From: Bacillales bacterium UBA5578
Lineage (GTDB): Bacteria > Bacillota_I > Bacilli_A > RF39 > UBA660
DNA: 64,000 nt
Assembly (NCBI GenBank): GCA_002425325.1
Contig: DIMA01000018.1
Location: 8,259-72,258, forward strand
Direction of reading: 5' to 3'
Shown here: positions 21,623 through 28,930 of the stretch, in pieces
Layout: each line of letters begins with the position of its first letter
How positions within the stretch are numbered: the stretch's first letter is position 1
Notes under the pieces: generated by a model
Told to the model about the DNA's origin: nothing
Databases searched by the model: none
What the model saw: only the letters and a program-made list of their open reading frames with translations
Position numbers and translations under genes: made by a program

Positions 21623-22117
21623 ATGCGTGAAAGTATTGGAACAATCTCTTTATTAAATTTTATTTTTATATATATTTTTATAGTGATGGCGATAATTGCT
21701 GGAACTATAAGCTATTATCGTGCTTATCGTGTTAACAATGTTATTGTTAGAGCTATAGAAAAATATGAAGGTTACAATAAACTATCTGCTGAAGCAGCTG
21801 AAGAAGGACTAGTAACATTAGCATATGAAAGAATTAATATTGACTGTGCTAAAAACAGAAAACAATATGTTGATAAAACTCATTATATTACTGGTAAATT
21901 AGCTAATTCAGGTACTTATAAAACAGATGGTTATTGTGTATATAGATATGAAAATGATACTTCATTTAAAACTAAAAGTGGTAGTTTAGCTACAACTGAT
22001 AGATATGATACATATGAAGTTGTGACATATATGTCATTGAATATTCCATTTTTAAATAATGTATTAAAAATGAAAACAAGCGCAAAAACATTAAGAATTT
22101 ATCATTTTGCAGATTAA
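21623..22117 (+). CDS. TadE-like pseudopilin.
   Basis: 'MRESIG|TISLLNFIFIYIFIVMAIIAG' is a pilin-like leader plus hydrophobic helix. 164 aa. GGAGG RBS. Confidence 0.5.
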   Translation: MRESIGTISLLNFIFIYIFIVMAIIAGTISYYRAYRVNNVIVRAIEKYEGYNKLSAEAAEEGLVTLAYERINIDCAKNRKQYVDKTHYITGKLANSGTYKTDGYCVYRYENDTSFKTKSGSLATTDRYDTYEVVTYMSLNIPFLNNVLKMKTSAKTLRIYHFAD

Positions 22118-22131
22118 TAAGAGGTGACTAA

Positions 22132-22581
22132 ATGAAAGAATCTATTGGACAAACATTTGTAACAAATTTGATTTTATTATTTACAGGCATTGGTCTCCTT
22201 TTATTATTTTATAGTGTTAATTATTCTAGGGCTTATAAAGCTAAAAATAGAATAATATATATATTAGAAAAAAATGAGAGCTTTGATGCAGCTAAATATG
22301 AAATTGATAATAATTTAGAAAAAGCTTCATATATATCTGTAAATGATAATAATTTTGATTATTGCAAAAAATATGGTGATATGGATAAAAATATATATCC
22401 TAAAAATTATACTAATAAAAATGAAAAATTTTATAAATATTGTGTATTTGAATATGAGGCTTCATATGGTAAATATTACAAAGTTATTACATTTATGAAA
22501 TTTGAAATTCCGTTAATTCAAGGTATATTAGAATTTCCTGTAAGGGGAGAAACTAAAAATATGATGAATACAGTAGAATAA
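22132..22581 (+). CDS. TadE-like pseudopilin, a paralog of the ORF at 21623.
   Basis: 'MKESIG|QTFVTNLILLFTGIGLLLLFY'. Both share the motif 'S(Y)YRAY(R/K)..N.I'. 149 aa. Confidence 0.5.
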   Translation: MKESIGQTFVTNLILLFTGIGLLLLFYSVNYSRAYKAKNRIIYILEKNESFDAAKYEIDNNLEKASYISVNDNNFDYCKKYGDMDKNIYPKNYTNKNEKFYKYCVFEYEASYGKYYKVITFMKFEIPLIQGILEFPVRGETKNMMNTVE

Positions 22582-22592
22582 GAGGGTGCGAT

Positions 22593-23564
22593 ATGAACGT
22601 AATTGTTTCTAATAAATACCAAGTAATGCTTGAAAGTTTAGGTATTGATATTATTAAAAACATGAATGGTGAATTTGAAGTTGATGAAATTATTGTAACT
22701 TTCCAAAACTTCTTTTATCAAAGAATGATTTTAGATATTACAGCAATTAAAAATTATAAAGATTTAAAAAATTTACAAAGATTATCAATTTCATTAGATA
22801 TGGATAAGATTATTCTTTTACTAGATGATTCTCCTGAGAGTTCAGCTCCTGGATATTTATCAAAACTTATATCTATGGGAATTTATAATTTTACAAGAAA
22901 TATTGATGGTATTCAATATTTATATAATCATCCAAATTCTTATAGGGATGTAGCACAATATCATGTTATAGATGATGTTGTAGTTGTTCAACAACCAAGT
23001 AATAATACTTCAGCTCCTGCTGTAGTAGATACTTATAATTATGGACAACAATATAGTAAGATTATTGGTATTAAAAATGTTACTAAGAGTAGTGGTGCTA
23101 CTACATTAACTTATATGATGTATAATGCATTAGCTAAAAATTATAATGTAGCTGCAATTGAAGTTGATAAAACCGATTTTGCTTACTTACAAGATAATAC
23201 AATGATTTCTGCTATTAGTGGTAACGTTAGCCAAGAAGTTAGCAAATATACTACTTGTGATGTTATCTTAATTGATGTTAATAATAGTGTTCAAGCTGAG
23301 TCATTATGTAATGAAATTATTTATATAATTGAGCCTACAACTATTAAATTAAATAAATTAATGATGATTACACCACAAGCATTAAAAACAATAAAAGATA
23401 AAAAGGTCATATTAAATCAAAGCTTATTGAGTTCTAAAGATGTTTTGGATTTTGAATATGAATCTAAATTAAAGATTTTTTATAATATGCCTCCATTAGA
23501 CGAAAGAGAACAAAATAATGAAATCTTAAGAGATTTCCTAAGCAAATTAGGCTTTAATATATAG
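22593..23564 (+). CDS. TadZ/CpaE-like protein with a degenerate MinD/ParA-type ATPase fold (candidate pilus-localization factor).
   Basis: The C-terminal half carries 'IGIKNVTKSSGATTLTYMMYNALAKNYNVAAIEVD', a deviant Walker A lacking the GK[ST] lysine. Position after the pseudopilins, as in tad loci. Confidence 0.35.
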   Translation: MNVIVSNKYQVMLESLGIDIIKNMNGEFEVDEIIVTFQNFFYQRMILDITAIKNYKDLKNLQRLSISLDMDKIILLLDDSPESSAPGYLSKLISMGIYNFTRNIDGIQYLYNHPNSYRDVAQYHVIDDVVVVQQPSNNTSAPAVVDTYNYGQQYSKIIGIKNVTKSSGATTLTYMMYNALAKNYNVAAIEVDKTDFAYLQDNTMISAISGNVSQEVSKYTTCDVILIDVNNSVQAESLCNEIIYIIEPTTIKLNKLMMITPQALKTIKDKKVILNQSLLSSKDVLDFEYESKLKIFYNMPPLDEREQNNEILRDFLSKLGFNI

Positions 23565-23581
23565 TATTATGAGGTGATTTT

Positions 23582-24592
23582 ATGAAAAACAAATTAACAA
23601 AAACTATTGTAATGATAGTTTTTGTCGTGTTTATAAGTTTATTTTTAAATGTTAATAATGTAAGAGCATGGGAATCTGTACCAGATGATGGTTATATTCA
23701 TTATTATACCGATTCTGGAACTGTTTGTTGGTATGGAAATGGTAATAATCAAATACAAGTTGAAGTTAATAATTCTGGTATTGGTATATATATTTCATAT
23801 GGTCCATGGTCTAAAAAATTTATTGAAAACTGGGAACATGATAAAGGTTTACATGGCGCTGTAAAAGTAGGTTTTAGAGGTGTTAAATATTACGATGACA
23901 ACAATAAAAGTTGCCCTAGATATGTAGCAAAATGTCATTATTACTCTGAAGATCGTTATTATGTTGTAAATACTGAGGATCAATTAGAAAGCTTGGATGA
24001 TAAATGTTATGCAGAAGCTGTTTTAACGGGTTCATATTCTTTTTCAAGCAAAGAATTAGTTAGAACTTGGCAAGTTCCTGTTGAAGTGCCTGATGATGTT
24101 ATTATAGTAGAGGAAGAACCAACTTATGAATGTGCTATTGTAAATGGTGAATATTATGATGCATCAGGAAATAAGGTTTCTCAATCTGTGTATGAAGAAT
24201 CTTGTGCTACACCTGAAATTAATGAAGGAATTGTAAATCCATTAGAAGATAATAGTGAGTCATATAGTTGTGGAGATGGATATTTAACAGATATTCCTGG
24301 ATCATTACTTAGAGTAACTAGTTTATTATATACATTATTTCAAGTTGTAATTCCTGTAATTCTTGTTATAATATGTTCAATAGATTTAATTAAGGCAATG
24401 GCAGGTCAAAAAGAAGATGAAATCAAAAAAGGACAACATTTATTAATTAAAAGATTAATTCAAGCAATTATAATATTCTTTGTATTTGCTATTGTTAAAT
24501 TTTTAGTTAGTGTTGTAAGTCAAAATAGTAGTAGTGTAATAGACTGTGTAAATTGCTTTATTGATGGTAAAGATAGCGATAGTTGTGTATAG
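23582..24592 (+). CDS. Secreted protein (336 aa) with a Cys-containing N-terminal domain and a C-terminal VirB2/pilin-like two-helix module. Member 1 of the tandem paralog family.
   Basis: Signal peptide 'MKNKLTKTIVMIVFVVFISLFLNVNNVRA'. C-terminal '...CGDGYL...VVIPVILVIICSIDLIKAMAGQKEDEIKKGQHLLIKRLIQAIIIFFVFAIVKF...NCVNCFIDGKDSDSC'. Confidence 0.55.
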   Translation: MKNKLTKTIVMIVFVVFISLFLNVNNVRAWESVPDDGYIHYYTDSGTVCWYGNGNNQIQVEVNNSGIGIYISYGPWSKKFIENWEHDKGLHGAVKVGFRGVKYYDDNNKSCPRYVAKCHYYSEDRYYVVNTEDQLESLDDKCYAEAVLTGSYSFSSKELVRTWQVPVEVPDDVIIVEEEPTYECAIVNGEYYDASGNKVSQSVYEESCATPEINEGIVNPLEDNSESYSCGDGYLTDIPGSLLRVTSLLYTLFQVVIPVILVIICSIDLIKAMAGQKEDEIKKGQHLLIKRLIQAIIIFFVFAIVKFLVSVVSQNSSSVIDCVNCFIDGKDSDSCV

Positions 24593-24601
24593 GGGGATAA
24601 T

Positions 24602-25081
24602 ATGAAAAAATATTTTAGATATATAATTTGCACATTAATGGTTATGTTTTTTAAAATAAATGTATTCGCAGCTAATGCTCCGTTTATGCAAACGGAAAAA
24701 GTATCATGTGGAGATGGATTAATAAACAATCTACCTAAAATTGTTATTACATTATGTAATACATTATATAATGTAGTTATGGTTTTAATTCCTGTAATTC
24801 TTGTATTTCTAGGAATTATTGACTTAATGCGAGGAATGATGAGTCAAAAAGAAGATGAAATCAAAAAAGGTAGAGATGGATTTATAAAAAGAACTATAAT
24901 GGGTTTAGTTATCTTCTTAGTTGTTATTGTGGTAAAAATAATTGTTAGTTTCCTAGATAGTGGAACTAATTCAAATAAAATAATAAATTGTGTTGATTGT
25001 ATTATTAGTGGTGAGTGTGATACTCAATCTAGTTCACAAACATCAAATAATAATAATAATAATCAACAAATGTTAGCATAG
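24602..25081 (+). CDS. Small secreted VirB2/pilin-like protein (paralog 2).
   Basis: Signal peptide, 'SCGDGL', two hydrophobic helices flanking 'SQKEDEIKKGRDGFIKR', C-terminal 'NCVDCIISGECD'. Confidence 0.55.
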   Translation: MKKYFRYIICTLMVMFFKINVFAANAPFMQTEKVSCGDGLINNLPKIVITLCNTLYNVVMVLIPVILVFLGIIDLMRGMMSQKEDEIKKGRDGFIKRTIMGLVIFLVVIVVKIIVSFLDSGTNSNKIINCVDCIISGECDTQSSSQTSNNNNNNQQMLA

Positions 25082-25089
25082 GAGGATAT

Positions 25090-25506
25090 ATGAAAAAGAA
25101 AAAATTATTATTTATATTTATGATATTTGTCTGTCTTTTTACATTTATCCCTAATGTTAATGCTGAAAATTTTACTTGTTCAGCATTTGGAAGTGATGTT
25201 TATATTGATAAACATCTTGCACAAATAACAAAATATGTTATACTAATCTTACAAATTGTAGCGCCTATTATTTTAGTTATAATGGGAATGATTGATTTAA
25301 TGAAAGGTATTACTTCACAAAAAGAAGATGAAATCAAAAAAGGACAACAAATATTTATCAAACGTTTAATTGCTGGTTTAATACTATTCTTTGTATTTGC
25401 AATTACAAAGTTTGTAATTAGTGTTGCTGCTAGTTCTTCTGATAGTAATATTATGAATTGTGCATCATGCTTTATAAGCGGACCAGATGATGTAGATTGT
25501 AGATAG
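25090..25506 (+). CDS. Small secreted VirB2/pilin-like protein (paralog 3).
   Basis: Signal peptide 'MKKKKLLFIFMIFVCLFTFIPNVNA', 'TSQKEDEIKKGQQIFIKRLIAG', C-terminal 'NCASCFISGPDDVDC'. Confidence 0.55.
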   Translation: MKKKKLLFIFMIFVCLFTFIPNVNAENFTCSAFGSDVYIDKHLAQITKYVILILQIVAPIILVIMGMIDLMKGITSQKEDEIKKGQQIFIKRLIAGLILFFVFAITKFVISVAASSSDSNIMNCASCFISGPDDVDCR

Positions 25507-25510
25507 GAGT

Positions 25511-25978
25511 ATGAATATGAAAAAGAATATAATTAAATTTACAATGTTTACTTTAATATGTGTATTTGCTTTAAACTCAAACGTTTTTGCAGCAGATATA
25601 ACATGTAATGAATTAGGTAGTGCAAAAATAGATGCTTCGATAGTTGATTTAATACACACAATTATCTTAGTATTACAAATAGCTGTACCAATTTTATTAG
25701 TTGTTTTTGGAATGTTAGACTTAATGAAAGCTGTTATAGCTCAAAAAGAAGATGAAATTAAAAAAGGACAACAAACATTTATCAAACGTTTAGTTGCAGC
25801 AATTATTTTCTTCTTTGTTATAGCTATTGTTAAATTTGCAATTAGTGCTATTTCAAAAGATAATGGTGATATTATTAGTTGTATGAATTGCTTTATAGAA
25901 GGTTCAAAATCAACTTCATGTCAAGTTGCTACAACTACTAATTCTAATGCAAATAAAAATACTAAACCAACAGTTTAA
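25511..25978 (+). CDS. Small secreted VirB2/pilin-like protein (paralog 4).
   Basis: Signal peptide, 'AQKEDEIKKGQQTFIKRLVAA', C-terminal 'SCMNCFIEGSKSTSC'. Confidence 0.55.
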   Translation: MNMKKNIIKFTMFTLICVFALNSNVFAADITCNELGSAKIDASIVDLIHTIILVLQIAVPILLVVFGMLDLMKAVIAQKEDEIKKGQQTFIKRLVAAIIFFFVIAIVKFAISAISKDNGDIISCMNCFIEGSKSTSCQVATTTNSNANKNTKPTV

Positions 25979-25991
25979 TTGAGGTGAAAAT

Positions 25992-27095
25992 ATGGTTGAT
26001 GCTTTAAAAAGTATGGATAAAAAATACTTAATGATAATTGGTGGAATTTTTGGAATACTTTTATTAGTTATAATTGTTTTAGCATCTATGAAAGGATGTT
26101 CAGGACCTAGTAAAAACTATCAAAGTGCTGAAAGTAAAATGGTTAAAGCAGCTAAAGAGTATTTTAAAGAAAAAGGATTACCTGAAAATGGTAAGAGCAA
26201 AGAAGTTAGTGTTACAGAATTATCTGGATCAGGTAAAATGAAAAAATTAGATAAAATATTATCTGATAAAACATGTGATGGTAAAGTAACTATATATAAT
26301 AATAATGATAATTATTTAGTCGTTCCTCATTTAGAATGTAGTGAATATAAAACTAAACATTTAAAAGATAAAATTATTGAAGATAGTGAAGTTATTAACC
26401 CAGAAGATCCATATAAATCAGGACTTTATAAAATGGATGATAAATATGTTTTTAGAGGAAAAAATCCAAATAACTATGTATCATTTGGTGGATTAATCTG
26501 GCGTATAATTGATATTGATAAAGATGGTACTATTAGAGTTATAAAAGTTGAACCAGAAAAGAATAAATCTGTATGGGACAATAAATATAATGTTGAAGTA
26601 AATAAAAATTATGGTATAAATGACTATAAAAATAGTGTATTATTAGAAAGATTAAATTCTGAATATAGTAAATTTAAAAAAGAAAGTAAAAAACATTTAT
26701 CTTCATTCAATGTTTGTATAGGAAAAAGAAATCCAACTGATATTGGAATAGATTATAATATTGATTGTTCTGAAATATTAGAAAACCAATATATTAGTGT
26801 AATAAATGTTTCAGATTATAGTAGACCTTCATTAGATGAACATTGTGATTCAATTGTTGCGGGTGCATGTACAAATTATAATTATATGTTATATGTAACT
26901 GGTAATACTTGGACAGTAAGCACTAAGAAAGATTCTACTTATAATGCTATTATGATTACTGGTGGAGTAGGTGCTTCAGATACTGCAAAAACGTCTAGTT
27001 CTTACAACTGGGTTGTTGCATTTAGAGGTGATGAACTATATACTCAAGGTGATGGTTCTGCTAATAATCCATATTTAATTAGTAATGAAAAATAA
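25992..27095 (+). CDS. Bitopic membrane protein (N-terminal TM, large extracytoplasmic domain) inserted in the pilin-paralog array. Possible VirB8/TcpC-like scaffold.
   Basis: 'YLMIIGGIFGILLLVIIVLA' is a TM helix, followed by 340 hydrophilic residues with several Cys. No catalytic motif recognised. Confidence 0.3.
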   Translation: MVDALKSMDKKYLMIIGGIFGILLLVIIVLASMKGCSGPSKNYQSAESKMVKAAKEYFKEKGLPENGKSKEVSVTELSGSGKMKKLDKILSDKTCDGKVTIYNNNDNYLVVPHLECSEYKTKHLKDKIIEDSEVINPEDPYKSGLYKMDDKYVFRGKNPNNYVSFGGLIWRIIDIDKDGTIRVIKVEPEKNKSVWDNKYNVEVNKNYGINDYKNSVLLERLNSEYSKFKKESKKHLSSFNVCIGKRNPTDIGIDYNIDCSEILENQYISVINVSDYSRPSLDEHCDSIVAGACTNYNYMLYVTGNTWTVSTKKDSTYNAIMITGGVGASDTAKTSSSYNWVVAFRGDELYTQGDGSANNPYLISNEK

Positions 27096-27158
27096 TATGA
27101 TATATTGACACAAAAAAACTAATAGAGTATAATTTTTAGTATAGAGGAGGAAAAAATT

Positions 27159-27551
27159 ATGATTAATTTTTTAGCTTTACAATCTAATGGATCATATACT
27201 TGTGGAGATAGTGGATTAAGTTTCCAAGGTTCACTTCCAAGTACAATTTCCATGATTATATTATTAATTAAAATTGTAGTTCCAATTTTATTAATAGTAT
27301 TTGGTATGTTAGATTTAGCAAAAGCTGTTATGGCTCAAAAAGAAGATGAAATTAAAAAAGGACAACAAACATTTATTAAACGTTTAATTGCAGCTGTAGT
27401 AGTATTCTTTATTATTACTATTGTTCAAATTGTTATTAAATATGTTTCTGGAGGAGATTCTTCAGTAACAAGTTGTTTCAATTGTTTCGTAAATGGTAGT
27501 GCCGGAGATAACGGTTGCAAAATGGAAACAGGAAATGGTCCAACAATTTAA
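27159..27551 (+). CDS. Small VirB2/pilin-like protein (paralog 5) that lacks an obvious signal peptide.
   Basis: GAGGAGG RBS. 'TCGDSGL', 'AQKEDEIKKGQQTFIKRLIAA', C-terminal 'SCFNCFVNGSAGDNGC'. Confidence 0.5.
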   Translation: MINFLALQSNGSYTCGDSGLSFQGSLPSTISMIILLIKIVVPILLIVFGMLDLAKAVMAQKEDEIKKGQQTFIKRLIAAVVVFFIITIVQIVIKYVSGGDSSVTSCFNCFVNGSAGDNGCKMETGNGPTI

Positions 27552-27599
27552 AAAACTATTTTAATAATAGTTTTTTTTTATTATTTTTTTTGATATAAT
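27552..27599 (+). terminator. Terminator hairpin immediately followed by an extended -10 promoter (TGATATAAT). This is copy 1 of a duplicated cassette.
   Basis: aaaaactatt-ttaa-taatagttttttttt ... tgatataat. The same unit is found at 28833-28871. Confidence 0.55.
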
Positions 27600-27624
27600 A
27601 ATTTTAACGAATAGAGGTAATAAA

Positions 27625-28818
27625 ATGAAAAAAATTATTTATATGATAATAACTTTTATTTCATTATTTGTTTTTTCAAATGATGTTAAAGCAGTTACTA
27701 TGACAGAGCCTATACGAATCTGTGAATATGGTGTAAGAGATGGTGATGATGGTAGTACTTGGGATAGTAGAATAAAAATTGAGGTTTATTCAAGAACTTT
27801 TTTAAGAATTAATGGAGCAGGTTCTTATATCGTTAAAAGTATTTTTTTTGAAGATGGAACAATGAATGATGGGGTTGCATTTTATAATACTGACGGTAGT
27901 GAACAATATGTTGCTTATGGTGAAGATACTTCCGCTAGTAAATCACAATATTATTATTATATATCATTATGGCCATTTGAAACTACATATCAGTCTTTAG
28001 AAGGTAAATGCCCTCCAACTGTAAAATATGAAGTTAAACATGAAGGTGGAACTAGAACAAAAACTTATTTTCTTTTTTATAATGATGATTTAGATAAACC
28101 TGCTACAGCTGATTCTATATTTTTAGCAAATTGTCCTTCTGGTTCTTCTTGCTTAAGTATTACATCTTTAGTAAGAGGTGATGATACTATTGTAGAATCT
28201 GTTGGATTTGATAGTTCTATAGGACGTTTAATTGAAAAGGGTTCAAAAGATAAACCTTTATCGGAAATAGCAGATGATTATGGTTGCCTAACTTATTCAG
28301 CTGGATTAAATCAAATTAGAAATTCTATGAATAAAGTTTCTCCTGCTTCATGTAATAATAATGCATATTTTAATAAAGCATATCAAGATTTAAATGAAAT
28401 GTGTAATAGATATAAAAGTTCATCTTATTATTCAGATGAAAATAGTGATGAATTACAAACTAAGGCATGTAGCAAAGCTTGTACTTTATTTAGAGATAAT
28501 GTAGCAAAAATTTGTGGATATGATGTTAATCAACCAAGTTGTGGATCGTTAGGATCTAGAACTATAGACTGGATATTTAAAATAATAAGAATAGTAAGAT
28601 ATGCAGTTCCAGCATTATTAGTTATTTTAAGTATATTAGATTATATAAAAGCAATAGCATCAGATAGTGATGATGAAGTTAAGAAAACAAATGGAAAAGT
28701 AGTTAAAAGAATGATAGCTGCCGCTTTAGTATTCCTAGTACCATTCTTATTAGAATTTATATTGAATTTATTTGAAATTCCAGGGCTTAATTCTAACAAC
28801 CCATTCTGTGCTAATTAA
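27625..28818 (+). CDS. Secreted protein (397 aa) with a Cys-rich N-terminal domain and a C-terminal VirB2/pilin-like module (paralog 6, divergent).
   Basis: Signal peptide 'MKKIIYMIITFISLFVFSNDVKA'. C-terminal 'VRYAVPALLVILSILDYIKAIASDSDDEVKKTNGKVVKRMIAAALVFLVPFLLEF...NNPFC'. Confidence 0.5.
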   Translation: MKKIIYMIITFISLFVFSNDVKAVTMTEPIRICEYGVRDGDDGSTWDSRIKIEVYSRTFLRINGAGSYIVKSIFFEDGTMNDGVAFYNTDGSEQYVAYGEDTSASKSQYYYYISLWPFETTYQSLEGKCPPTVKYEVKHEGGTRTKTYFLFYNDDLDKPATADSIFLANCPSGSSCLSITSLVRGDDTIVESVGFDSSIGRLIEKGSKDKPLSEIADDYGCLTYSAGLNQIRNSMNKVSPASCNNNAYFNKAYQDLNEMCNRYKSSSYYSDENSDELQTKACSKACTLFRDNVAKICGYDVNQPSCGSLGSRTIDWIFKIIRIVRYAVPALLVILSILDYIKAIASDSDDEVKKTNGKVVKRMIAAALVFLVPFLLEFILNLFEIPGLNSNNPFCAN

Positions 28819-28832
28819 ATGAGTATATAAGC

Positions 28833-28871
28833 AAAAAAACTATTTTAATAATAGTTTTTTTTTGATATAAT
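28833..28871 (+). terminator. Terminator hairpin plus extended -10 promoter (TGATATAAT). Copy 2 of the cassette, upstream of the VirB6-like gene.
   Basis: aaaaaaactattttaataatagtttttttttgatataat is near-identical to 27552-27599. Confidence 0.55.
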
Positions 28872-28930
28872 ATTGATAGTAGTGAAATATTAAATAAATT
28901 AATAAATTTAAGAAGGGTCGATGTTTATAT

